Shown here piece after piece: positions 28,263 to 37,714 of a DNA stretch of 64,000 bases. A model generated the notes under the pieces. The model had not been told where the DNA came from, ran no database searches, and saw only the letters and a program-made list of their open reading frames with translations. The DNA lies in the IMG/VR virus record IMGVR_UViG_3300023184_000024, positions 62,001-126,000 of that record. One strand, 5' to 3'. Position numbers and translations under genes: made by a program. How positions within the stretch are numbered: the stretch's first letter is position 1; the number at the start of each line of letters is the position of its first letter.

Positions 28263-29462
28263 ATGAGAAAACTATTTTACATGGGCTTGGAAAGTTACGA
28301 AGCCCGTTACACACTACAGCTCACGGAATGGAACCGACGTGTGTTTGACCGTAGAGGTCTTGATGTCGTTTATGTTCCTGGAACCACTATTGACAATAGC
28401 CAAGCTATTTCAGTGGGGCAAGTGCTAGACGCACACGGACGCAGTTATTTCGGCATGAGCCAAATGATGAACTTAGTTCAACTAATGAAGAATGGAGAAG
28501 TTACCAATGCGGATGTTATCTACTTTGAAGACATGTTTCAACCCGGCATCGAGAGTCTTCCTTACATCCTTAATCAAGTTCCTGCTGATCAACGTCCTCG
28601 TGTGTATGTTCGTTGTCTTGCTCAGTCCATTGATCCTGATGACTTCGTACATGTATGGGGTATGGCGAAATGGATGGGCCTCTACGAACAAATGGTTAAC
28701 GAGTTCGTGGACGGGGTTCTTGCCACCAACGAGGAGATGGTTGCTCATATGCGCATTGCTGGATGGCGTGCTCCTATATATAATATTAGTGGCCTAGCAT
28801 TTGGCAAATCGGAAGTGCTAGAGCGCATTGGTGGTGTAGAGAATATCCGGCCTTTCCAGGATCGCAAGAGACGAGTTGGGTTTGCCGCAAGGTTTGATCA
28901 GGAAAAACAACCAGACTTTTACATGGACTTGATTGAGATGTATCACAATCAAGGACACCATAAGGACATCGAGTTTGCTATTTTCTCAGGCGGGCCGTTG
29001 CGTAGCAATAATCCAAAGTACTTGGAACGTGCTTACAAACTGGCAGGAGAGGGCAAACTCAACATTTATGAGGATCTAAAGAAGAACGATTACTATGATC
29101 TCCTCAACGATACTCGTGTGCTGTTTAATTGTGCTCTCCAAGATTGGGTCTCAAACACTGTCAGTGAAGCAGATACCCTCGGAGCCAACGTTCTATATCC
29201 TGCTTATCGCAGTTTCCCTGAAACTTTTGCAAATGACCCTAACAGGCTCTACATTCCCTGGAGTATAGATGATGCTTTCCATAAATTAGAAAATCTCCTT
29301 GACTCTCCACATCACAACATGGGCCTGATCAGTGACTGGAACGATGGCACAATTGATCGTGTTGTTGATATCATTGACGGTAATGGCGAGCAATGGAATC
29401 GTGCTGGTAATCGTTACCGGGACCATGTGGCTGGTGCTAAGTATCCTGTAAGGAAAATTTAA
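28263..29462 (+). CDS. GT-B fold glycosyltransferase
   Basis: FAARFDQEKQPD and LFNCALQDWVSNTVSEA..LGANVLYP (GT4-like E-x7-E region). Confidence 0.75.
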   Translation: MRKLFYMGLESYEARYTLQLTEWNRRVFDRRGLDVVYVPGTTIDNSQAISVGQVLDAHGRSYFGMSQMMNLVQLMKNGEVTNADVIYFEDMFQPGIESLPYILNQVPADQRPRVYVRCLAQSIDPDDFVHVWGMAKWMGLYEQMVNEFVDGVLATNEEMVAHMRIAGWRAPIYNISGLAFGKSEVLERIGGVENIRPFQDRKRRVGFAARFDQEKQPDFYMDLIEMYHNQGHHKDIEFAIFSGGPLRSNNPKYLERAYKLAGEGKLNIYEDLKKNDYYDLLNDTRVLFNCALQDWVSNTVSEADTLGANVLYPAYRSFPETFANDPNRLYIPWSIDDAFHKLENLLDSPHHNMGLISDWNDGTIDRVVDIIDGNGEQWNRAGNRYRDHVAGAKYPVRKI

Positions 29463-29465
29463 CCT

Positions 29466-30509
29466 ATGAATAAACAAACAGTTTTAGTCACTGGCGGCGC
29501 TGGATTTATCGGGCATCACATGATTCGGCGTTTGCTCAAGCATCCCGAGTACAATATTATTTCCCTGGATCGATTGGATTTTTCAGGTAACTTAAATCGC
29601 CTAGCTGAACTTGCACAAGAATTTGGCACAGACGAAATGCGTAGATTGCGTGTAATTCATCATGACCTTAAAGCAGAAATCAACCCACAACTAGCTGGAC
29701 AAATTGGCGACGTAGATTACATTGTTCACATGGCCGCTGGCAGTCATGTCACACGCAGTATTGAAAACCCTATGTTGTTTGTGCAAGACAATGTTGTAGG
29801 CACTTGTAACTTGTTGGACTATGCACGATTTTATTTGCCCAATCTAAAGAAGTTTATTAACTTTGGCACAGATGAAGTATTTGGATCAGCCCCCGAAGGT
29901 GTTGAGTATCAAGAGTATGATCGATACAACAGTCGCAGTCCATACTCAGCTACCAAAGCCGGCGCAGAAGAATTATGTGTGGCCTATGAAAACACATTTG
30001 GCATGCCCATCTACTGTACACATACCATGAATGTTTTTGGCGAGCGCCAGTCACCAGAAAAGTTTCTTGGGTTGGTCATGCGCAAGGTACTAGAAGATCA
30101 AGAAGTCACCATCCATTGTGACGAAAAGACCGGCACTGAAAGTGGGCTACGTCATTGGGTGCATGCCGCAGACGTTGCCGATGCTACTATGTTTATCATG
30201 AACTTGCCGCACAAAGAATTCCCCTTGCCCAATGACTTTGGTGGGGCCACTTGCCCCAAGTTTAACATTGTGGGACAGCGAGAAATCAGCAACCTCGAGG
30301 TGGCTCAACGTGTTGCTGACATAATGAAACGCAAGCTCAATTACACAATGGTAGGGTATGACACACAACGTCCCGGACATGACTTCCGGTACGCACTTAG
30401 TGGAGAATACATGAAGAGTCTAGGTTGGGAACCCAAATACGACTTTGACACTCGTCTTGAGCAAATGATAAACTGGACTCTTAAAAACTCTCGTTGGTTA
30501 AAGCTATGA
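29466..30509 (+). CDS. rmlB: dTDP-glucose 4,6-dehydratase (extended SDR)
   Basis: VTGGAGFIG, HMAAGSHV, TDEVFG, YSATK. Confidence 0.88.
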   Translation: MNKQTVLVTGGAGFIGHHMIRRLLKHPEYNIISLDRLDFSGNLNRLAELAQEFGTDEMRRLRVIHHDLKAEINPQLAGQIGDVDYIVHMAAGSHVTRSIENPMLFVQDNVVGTCNLLDYARFYLPNLKKFINFGTDEVFGSAPEGVEYQEYDRYNSRSPYSATKAGAEELCVAYENTFGMPIYCTHTMNVFGERQSPEKFLGLVMRKVLEDQEVTIHCDEKTGTESGLRHWVHAADVADATMFIMNLPHKEFPLPNDFGGATCPKFNIVGQREISNLEVAQRVADIMKRKLNYTMVGYDTQRPGHDFRYALSGEYMKSLGWEPKYDFDTRLEQMINWTLKNSRWLKL

Positions 30510-31714
30510 ATCACATACACGAAAATACAGAATGCCTTGCATGCGGCAGCACTAATATTCAAACGGCATTGGACCTTGGAGTTCAGCCGCTGGCAAACAG
30601 TTATAAGAAGTCTGTTGCTGATGCCGAAGAACGTTACCCATTAGCAGTGCGACTTTGCCAGGACTGCTATCATTTACAACTAAGCCACACAGTTGATCCT
30701 GAAATCATCTACAAAAACTATTTGTATGCCACAGGCACAAACAAAACCATTCGAGAATACTCCCAGTGGTTTGCTAATTTTTGTTTAGAATATCTTCCAG
30801 GGTCATCTAGTGTTCTTGACATTGGTTGCAACGATGGTACACAGCTAGATTACTTCAAGGAATTGGGGTTTAATACCTATGGTATTGATCCAGCTGAAAA
30901 CTTACACGAACGCAGTAGTGCAAATCACTTTGTGATATGTGACTTTTTTGGTCCCGATGCTGTGAGTCGTTTAGCCACAGCTGATTACAATATAATCACA
31001 GCACAAAATGTTTGTGCACACAATCCTGATCCTTTGAGATTTTTAAAATCATGCCGTGAGTTAATGCGTGAAGATACTTTGTTGTTTGTACAAACCAGCC
31101 AGGCCGATATGGTGTTGCACAATGAGTTTGACACCATTTATCATGAGCATGTCAACTTTTTTAATGCCAACAGTATGTTCAAATTGGCACAACGTGCTGG
31201 ACTACACCTAGTTGATGTTGTCAAGGCACCAATACATGGTAACAGTTATATCTTTGTACTGAGTTTAAAAAATAGTCGTCAGCATCACGTGCAAAATATC
31301 ATTGCCATGGAAGCACCATTGCTTGAAAAACGCACATATCAGCAATGGCGAGACATTGTAGAATTAAATGTAGATGCATTAAAATTCCATGTTGACCAAT
31401 ATCGCAGTCAAGGATACCGGTTAGTTGGATATGGTGCCGCAGCCAAAGGTAATACCTTGTTGAACTATGCCGAACTTGATTTAGATTTTATTGTTGACGA
31501 CAATCCGCTTAAACAAGGATTGTACACACCCGGACGTGCCATCCCAATTGTGGGCATTGAACGAGTAAAAAATTTAACTCAACAAGATCGTGTATTGTTT
31601 ATTCCGTTGGCTTGGAATTTCTTTGATGAGATTCGAGAACGCATTCTAGCTGTTCGTAAAAATGATCAAGATGAATTTCTTAGATATTTCCCCACAGTAG
31701 AATTGGTCAAATGA
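30506..31714 (+). CDS. NDP-hexose C-methyltransferase family protein
   Basis: N-terminal CLACG...CQDC zinc site; LDIGCNDG; IYHEHVNFF; GYGAAAKGNTLLNY. Confidence 0.88.
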   Translation: MNHIHENTECLACGSTNIQTALDLGVQPLANSYKKSVADAEERYPLAVRLCQDCYHLQLSHTVDPEIIYKNYLYATGTNKTIREYSQWFANFCLEYLPGSSSVLDIGCNDGTQLDYFKELGFNTYGIDPAENLHERSSANHFVICDFFGPDAVSRLATADYNIITAQNVCAHNPDPLRFLKSCRELMREDTLLFVQTSQADMVLHNEFDTIYHEHVNFFNANSMFKLAQRAGLHLVDVVKAPIHGNSYIFVLSLKNSRQHHVQNIIAMEAPLLEKRTYQQWRDIVELNVDALKFHVDQYRSQGYRLVGYGAAAKGNTLLNYAELDLDFIVDDNPLKQGLYTPGRAIPIVGIERVKNLTQQDRVLFIPLAWNFFDEIRERILAVRKNDQDEFLRYFPTVELVK

Positions 31715-32478
31715 AAAATTACCTAATCAAGGGTTTGCACAGAATTGGCAGTACCAAGTGGTGGCCCGGCAGCGATCGTAGCTGGGAAGGTGACTTATAT
31801 CCCATGTATGAAAAGATGAATGAATTAAGTAAACAAAGCTTTTTTCATTTTTTAGAAGGTGAATGGGAACTGATTAATCTTGTCAGCGAAGCAACGGATG
31901 TTAATCATGTGTTTAGACAACAGTTTCAAGCTATATGGGAAATTTGGCAACAGGAACCTTGTAACATTTTTTACTGCGGGTCTGACACACAAATGATCAA
32001 GCCCACCAAGGTGTTTGATCAATATCAGCATTTTCTACTGTTTAACTACACCGATCCAAAAAGTTTTGGTCCATGCACACACTTTCTCAATGCCGACGTT
32101 AGATATTACCCCAACACCATGAGTCGCGAAATGTGGAGTTGGGCATTGGCTCAAACCAAAGCACTTGACTGGTGGAACAGCGATCAGTTGTTATACAATC
32201 AGATGGTATGGAGCCAAGGGCTTGGAGCAGAAAAAGTAATTGATCCTCGTATGGCTTATCAAGGATTTATGTTGCCCGGTGATGAAGAAGTTCGAGCTAG
32301 ATCTGATCGCTGGAATGGATGTAAAATTGAAGACGCTCATCTCATACACTGGCATGGTAGTCGGGGAGCTCAAGCAAAACTACAACTAATGCAAGATATA
32401 AACAATCAATTGGGGGTACCAGTGGCGCCAGTGAGACCCATTACGCAACAGGTAATTGATATTTCACATATTAAATAA
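31711..32478 (+). CDS. Hypothetical protein, possible glycosyltransferase
   Basis: YCGSDTQM, FLNADVRY, IHWHGSRG; located in the sugar operon. Confidence 0.5.
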   Translation: MKNYLIKGLHRIGSTKWWPGSDRSWEGDLYPMYEKMNELSKQSFFHFLEGEWELINLVSEATDVNHVFRQQFQAIWEIWQQEPCNIFYCGSDTQMIKPTKVFDQYQHFLLFNYTDPKSFGPCTHFLNADVRYYPNTMSREMWSWALAQTKALDWWNSDQLLYNQMVWSQGLGAEKVIDPRMAYQGFMLPGDEEVRARSDRWNGCKIEDAHLIHWHGSRGAQAKLQLMQDINNQLGVPVAPVRPITQQVIDISHIK

Positions 32479-33466
32479 TAAACAGGTAATAAAATTGACC
32501 AATAAAAAAACTATAGTAGTAACTGGATCTTCGGGATACATCGGTGGTGAGATTGCACTTAAACTTCATGACCTAGGTCACAAAGTTATCGGCATCGACC
32601 GAGTTGTTGCACCCGACAGACTCAAGCCAGCGTTTCCCAACTTTGTTAATTTAAATTTTGGAGATCGGCAAACATTAGAGTATATTGCTAGCTGGAAACC
32701 AGATGCAATTATACACTGTGCAGGAAGTAGTCTAGTTGGATCTAGTGTGCGTGACCCATCTGAGTACTACAGTAACAATGTAGCACAAAGCATCAAACTT
32801 ATAGATATGATCAAAGAGCAGTTGCCAAACACCAGGATCATTTTTAGTTCTAGCGCATCTGTTTACGGAGTCCCATATTTAAATCCGTGCCACGAAGTTG
32901 ATCCCTGTGATCCGATCAGTCCCTACGGAGAAAGCAAACGTATGTTTGAGCAAATGCTTGGCAGTTATCACAAAGCATACGGGTTGGATTATGTATCATT
33001 TAGATTTTTTAATGCTTGTGGTGCCGACAGTCAAGGGAGACATGGTCAAAATCCTGGAGCAACACATATTATTAGTCGAGTGTTAGAAAGTATCTACCAC
33101 GATCAAGAGTTTACTCTCAACGGCGACCAATTCCCCACCGATGATGGCACATGCATCCGAGATTATGTGCATGTCGAAGATATTGCAAATGCTCACATAT
33201 CTGCACTAAATTTAGATATTCCGCCAGGAGTTTATAATTTAGGATCTGGAGTTGGCACAAGTAATAAACAAATTATCACTGCGGCAGAGAGAATCACAGG
33301 AAAAAAATTAAAACTAATCATAGGCCCAACTCGTGATGGTGATCCGGCAATGTTAACCGCAGACTCGGCCAAATTTGAAAGACTAGTTGGACCTTGGAGA
33401 ACATTTGACCTTGATGATATGATTACTCACGCATGGAATTGGCAACACACTAGGGAAAATGTATGA
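32456..33466 (+). CDS. galE: UDP-glucose 4-epimerase (start possibly TTG ~32495)
   Basis: TGSSGYIG, FSSSASVYG, YGESK, FRFFNACGA, CIRDYVHVED, YNLGSG. Confidence 0.9.
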   Translation: MIFHILNNKQVIKLTNKKTIVVTGSSGYIGGEIALKLHDLGHKVIGIDRVVAPDRLKPAFPNFVNLNFGDRQTLEYIASWKPDAIIHCAGSSLVGSSVRDPSEYYSNNVAQSIKLIDMIKEQLPNTRIIFSSSASVYGVPYLNPCHEVDPCDPISPYGESKRMFEQMLGSYHKAYGLDYVSFRFFNACGADSQGRHGQNPGATHIISRVLESIYHDQEFTLNGDQFPTDDGTCIRDYVHVEDIANAHISALNLDIPPGVYNLGSGVGTSNKQIITAAERITGKKLKLIIGPTRDGDPAMLTADSAKFERLVGPWRTFDLDDMITHAWNWQHTRENV

Positions 33467-34383
33467 CCGCAGTACCTACAATGAAAAATTTAAAAAAATT
33501 ACCTTACGGTGGTGCAAGTTATGTCAACGACCCCGAAATGCTTAAGTATGTCAATGATTTGCTGGCGCAAGGAGATGCCACTGAGTACTTGCAAGATTTA
33601 AACATACATCAAAAATTTGTAGAAAATTATCGTGCATGGATCAATTTATCTCGCCACAATAAATTTAAAAATCTAAATCAGTTTCCAATTAGTACTATTA
33701 GCCTTGGTACTTCAGAAAGTTTTGATAAGTTTTATCTAAAAAATTCTACTCGACGATTCAGATGCTTCAAAGGCGAATACATGTACCATGCTGCCAGCTG
33801 GAGAAACTATTTTCCAGGATGGTGCTATCTCGAAGAAGATTCTATTCAGGCAAATGATGCCTTGGTGATCAGCATGCCGTTTAGTGACACCGGTGATATA
33901 CATCCGGACATGGAAGGTGTATTAAGTATTTGCGATCGTCTAGGCGTTCCGGTACTAATTGACTGTGCATTTTTTGGTATTTGTAGAGACATAGAATTTG
34001 ACTTTGATCGTCCATGTATCACTGACATTGTGTTTAGTCTGAGTAAAACCTTTCCAGTCAGTCATGTTAGAATTGGTATGAGACTATCACGCAATGACGA
34101 TGATGACAGCCTGTTAGTACATCATAAAACCAATTACGTTAATCGTTTAGGCGCTTGGCTGGGAATCAAATTAATAGATCAGTATGGTCCAGATTGGAAT
34201 GTCAACAAATGGAGACCGGCACAAGAATTGTTTTGTCAACACTTGTCGGTTACCCCAAGCAAAACGGTGATATTTGGACTAGGAAAAAGTCATTGGTCGC
34301 AGTATAATAGAGGAACAAGTACAAATCGTTTGTGCTTTGCCAACTACTTAAGCAACGGATTATTGCCCAATGATAGATATTGA
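33463..34383 (+). CDS. Short PLP-dependent (fold type I) enzyme-like protein
   Basis: LIDCAFFG and FSLSKTF..SHVRIG motifs; paralog of 20250. Confidence 0.65.
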   Translation: MTAVPTMKNLKKLPYGGASYVNDPEMLKYVNDLLAQGDATEYLQDLNIHQKFVENYRAWINLSRHNKFKNLNQFPISTISLGTSESFDKFYLKNSTRRFRCFKGEYMYHAASWRNYFPGWCYLEEDSIQANDALVISMPFSDTGDIHPDMEGVLSICDRLGVPVLIDCAFFGICRDIEFDFDRPCITDIVFSLSKTFPVSHVRIGMRLSRNDDDDSLLVHHKTNYVNRLGAWLGIKLIDQYGPDWNVNKWRPAQELFCQHLSVTPSKTVIFGLGKSHWSQYNRGTSTNRLCFANYLSNGLLPNDRY

Positions 34384-35101
34384 GTTACTGACCAGTAAGT
34401 ATGATCCCAAAGATTATTCTATAGACTATGCTCACGGTCAACCAGTTCCTTGGATTGTATTTGATGACTTTTTACCCGAAGACATTTTACTTGCAGTCCA
34501 AGAAGAAATAGAATTAATCCCGAAACACATGTGGAGCAAATTTACACGCAACGGCAGTTTTATGTTAGAGTGTAATAATCTTAAGTATGCACCCAGGATA
34601 CGAGACTTGGTATTAAATTTTAACAGTGGAGAATTCATTCATTGGTTAGAAGCAATCACTGGGACTACAAAAGTGATACCAGACCCGCACTTGATTGGTG
34701 CTGGGTTAATGAGGTGTGGTGCAGGACACAATTTAAAACTTCACACCGACTTTAACTGGAATGAACAACTCCATCTCAATAGAAAACTCAGCATGATTTT
34801 ATACGTCAGCAAAGAATGGGAAACTGAATGGGGTGGGTCTTTGGAATTTTGGGATTTTGAAAAAACTCAGTGTCTACATCGAGTTGACCCCAAACCCAAT
34901 CGGCTGTTGATCTGGGATTATGATGAGCGTCTTATACACGGTCATCCTTTGCCCATCGACTGTCCAGATGATGCCAGCAGAGATGGGCTTAGATTATTCT
35001 ACTTCGGTAGTAACGCAACGCCGTTGAATGCGCCGCATCGTAGTCTTTATTGGTTCGATGATCAAAACAATAAATCGTATGATCGTAGAGAAAATCAATA
35101 A
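34370..35101 (+). CDS. 2OG-Fe(II) oxygenase (prolyl-4-hydroxylase-like)
   Basis: LKLHTDFN (HxD), WGGSLEFW, IHGH, R..LRLFY. Confidence 0.85.
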   Translation: MIDIELLTSKYDPKDYSIDYAHGQPVPWIVFDDFLPEDILLAVQEEIELIPKHMWSKFTRNGSFMLECNNLKYAPRIRDLVLNFNSGEFIHWLEAITGTTKVIPDPHLIGAGLMRCGAGHNLKLHTDFNWNEQLHLNRKLSMILYVSKEWETEWGGSLEFWDFEKTQCLHRVDPKPNRLLIWDYDERLIHGHPLPIDCPDDASRDGLRLFYFGSNATPLNAPHRSLYWFDDQNNKSYDRRENQ

Positions 35102-35106
35102 ATATC

Positions 35107-35128
35107 TTTGTCACACAAAGGTGACAAA
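35107..35128. promoter_or_regulatory. Perfect inverted repeat TTTGTCAC-N6-GTGACAAA upstream of folE
   Basis: 8-bp perfect palindrome between a late-promoter-like ATAAATA (35098) and the folE RBS. Confidence 0.45.
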
Positions 35129-35166
35129 CTTTTCAATTATTAATCCGTGTAAGGAAGGAAAACAAA

Positions 35167-35847
35167 ATGAGTTATAACAAAACTAAATGCGACCCCGAGT
35201 TGGGTCAACGTGTACATCAACATTTACTCAAATGTGGAGTCGAGACTCCAACATTTCAACACAGTGTTGATCGCAAAGACAAAATTGATCTAATAGAGCG
35301 TGACTTCAAACACATCATGGAAGTGTTGGGGTTAGATCTCAGTGACGATAGCCTCATGGACACTCCCAAACGTGTGGCCAAGATGTATGTCAATGAAATC
35401 TTTTGGGGGCTAGACTACGAAGCATTTCCCAAATGTACCACAGTAGACAACAAAATGAAGTACGATGAAATGGTGGTCGAGCGCAATGTCAACGTGCAAA
35501 GTAACTGCGAGCACCACTTTGTTGTCATCGATGGGGTGGCCACTGTGGGTTACATTCCCAAACAAAAAGTACTTGGCTTGTCCAAGATTAATCGTGTTGT
35601 TGAATACTTTAGCAAACGCCCTCAAATTCAAGAACGCTTGACCGAGCAAGTGTACTATGCTCTACAATATATTTTGGAAACAGACGACATTGCAGTTGTT
35701 GTAGATGCGCAACACTACTGTGTCAAGAGTCGTGGTGTTGAGGATGTGGGTAGCTCAACGGTTACCAGCAAGCTTGGTGGAGTATTTAAAAATGATCCAT
35801 CGGTGCGTGTAGAGTTTATGAACATTGTCAACAATTGTAATCGATAA
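35167..35847 (+). CDS. folE: GTP cyclohydrolase I
   Basis: TPKRVAK, SNCEHHF, GLSKINR, RPQIQERLT, HYCVKSRG. Confidence 0.96.
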   Translation: MSYNKTKCDPELGQRVHQHLLKCGVETPTFQHSVDRKDKIDLIERDFKHIMEVLGLDLSDDSLMDTPKRVAKMYVNEIFWGLDYEAFPKCTTVDNKMKYDEMVVERNVNVQSNCEHHFVVIDGVATVGYIPKQKVLGLSKINRVVEYFSKRPQIQERLTEQVYYALQYILETDDIAVVVDAQHYCVKSRGVEDVGSSTVTSKLGGVFKNDPSVRVEFMNIVNNCNR

Positions 35848-36479
35848 TGAATTATCAGGTATTACACGACCAAGGCAAGATTATGTGTTACATTGGCAAT
35901 ACTTTGCCAAACCAGATGTACCACAATCATTACTCTAAGCACCGTCCTAGTGAATTACTGAGATTTGAGGAAGTCTTAGAAAAAGACTCTCAGTGGTTCC
36001 GGGCACGGCAGTTTATGGTAGCCAACACAGATGTGTCATTCAGAAAGCAAGTGGTTGAAGGTCTTGCTAAATTTTCACCTCACTATTTTTCTTTGGTATC
36101 TAACAATACCACTGTTGGTGTTGACACAAAAATCGGGCATAACGTAGTAATCAATGACTTTAATTTTTTATGGGACAACGTGGTCATTGGTGACCATTGC
36201 ACAATCACAACCCACTGTACTATTAGCCATGGCACAGTGATTGGAAACTTTTGTTTTATTGCTCCTTACTCTTATATTTGTTTCACTACACTAGGGCAAG
36301 GGGTGATTGTTGGACTGCGTAGCTCGTTTATTGCCAAGCCTGAAGCTCTAGTACATGTAGCAGACTGGACAAACTTTGTCATGGATAGTCGAGTAAATAT
36401 GCCAATTGTAAAATCCGGCACTTATCGAGGCCACAAGTTGATTGCACAAGAAACTAGTTTAGATAAAAAAATACTATGA
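35847..36479 (+). CDS. Hexapeptide-repeat (LbH) acetyltransferase, PglD/NeuD-like
   Basis: Repeated [IV]GxxxxI hexapeptides (IGHNVVI, IGDHCTI, IGNFCFI, LGQGVIV). Confidence 0.75.
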   Translation: MNYQVLHDQGKIMCYIGNTLPNQMYHNHYSKHRPSELLRFEEVLEKDSQWFRARQFMVANTDVSFRKQVVEGLAKFSPHYFSLVSNNTTVGVDTKIGHNVVINDFNFLWDNVVIGDHCTITTHCTISHGTVIGNFCFIAPYSYICFTTLGQGVIVGLRSSFIAKPEALVHVADWTNFVMDSRVNMPIVKSGTYRGHKLIAQETSLDKKIL

Positions 36480-37714
36480 ACACATCTCAAAAACACATAT
36501 ATGCATCATGCGTACTAGGAAGTCTAATTGCCTGGTATGATTTTATCATTTTTGGAACTGCCACCGCATTGGTATTTTCGCAGTTGTTCTTTCCTGGCAT
36601 GGGGTATATCATTCCCATGTTGGTGTTTGCTGTAGGTTTTCTTAGCAGGCCTTTGGGAAGTTTTATCATAGGACATATCGGTGACAAGATTGGCCGCCGC
36701 AAAACATTGTTGGCAACGTTGTTGTTAACTGGTGCATCAAGTGTGTTAATTGGATTACTGCCAACTTATGCCGACATAGGTGTTACCGCCACAGTGCTTC
36801 TTGTTCTTTGCCGAATTCTGCAAACATTTGCGTTGGGCGGTGAATGGTCGGCTGCTAGTACAATGATGCTAGAGCACAATGTTGAAAAACCCAACAAGGG
36901 ATTTTTAGGTAGTACACTATCAAGCGGTCTGGCATTGGCATCGGCACTGTCAGCAGGGGCATGGGCATTGGCATCAGCTTGGGGCACTGAATTTTTAATG
37001 TCCTGGGGTTGGCGCATTCCGTTCTTGTTTAGCTTTGTGTTGGTTGGGCTTGGTGTGTACATGAGATACCGGGTTTTAGAAACTCCAGTTTTTGAATCAA
37101 CTCAGAAAGTAAAGAACCCAACCGCTAGCTTGCTAATCAATCATTGGCCAAAAGTATTACTGGGTGCGGCATCCACCCAAGTTGGTGCTGTATGGTGGTA
37201 TGGCATCACTGTGTTTGGATTTGCCTACATGGCTAACACACTCAAAATTGATCGGGCAGTAATTAATCAAACATGGTTTTATTTTACTCCGTTGTTGTTC
37301 TCAGCCCTGCTGTTCTTTGGATGGGTGGGTGATAAATTTTCAAGATTGTTGCTGTATAGAACCTGTGCAATACTTTCTATACTACTGGTCTATCCTATAT
37401 TTTTATTACTGGGCCAAGGAAATATTGTACTCCCGATATTTTTAGCAATTATTGTTATACAATCAATGTCGTTTGCATCTGACCCAACGTTTTTTACTGA
37501 ACTATTTCCAGCAGAACTCAGACAGGTTGGCAGCGGTGTTACAAAGAGCCTGTCAACTTTGCTGGCTGGAGGCATTGTACCATTGGTTGCACAACAATTA
37601 ATGGTTACCTACAATGACATCATGTATGTGGCTCACCTGTTTATTGCACTAAGCGTTGTACAAGTGCTGGCCACAGTGATGATAAAAAAGCATTATGAAC
37701 AACGTATCCAATAG
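36476..37714 (+). CDS. MFS transporter, metabolite:H+ symporter (ShiA/ProP-like)
   Basis: WYDFIIFG, RPLG..IIGHIGDKIGRRKTL, GLLPTYADIG, GGEW, WGWRIPF, ELFPAELRQVG; about 12 hydrophobic segments. Confidence 0.92.
   Translation: MNTSQKHIYASCVLGSLIAWYDFIIFGTATALVFSQLFFPGMGYIIPMLVFAVGFLSRPLGSFIIGHIGDKIGRRKTLLATLLLTGASSVLIGLLPTYADIGVTATVLLVLCRILQTFALGGEWSAASTMMLEHNVEKPNKGFLGSTLSSGLALASALSAGAWALASAWGTEFLMSWGWRIPFLFSFVLVGLGVYMRYRVLETPVFESTQKVKNPTASLLINHWPKVLLGAASTQVGAVWWYGITVFGFAYMANTLKIDRAVINQTWFYFTPLLFSALLFFGWVGDKFSRLLLYRTCAILSILLVYPIFLLLGQGNIVLPIFLAIIVIQSMSFASDPTFFTELFPAELRQVGSGVTKSLSTLLAGGIVPLVAQQLMVTYNDIMYVAHLFIALSVVQVLATVMIKKHYEQRIQ

Noticed and set aside
28263-29462. T4 alpha/beta-glucosyltransferase acting on hmC
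   Set aside because: No dCMP hydroxymethylase is in the window, and only generic GT-B motifs are recognisable.
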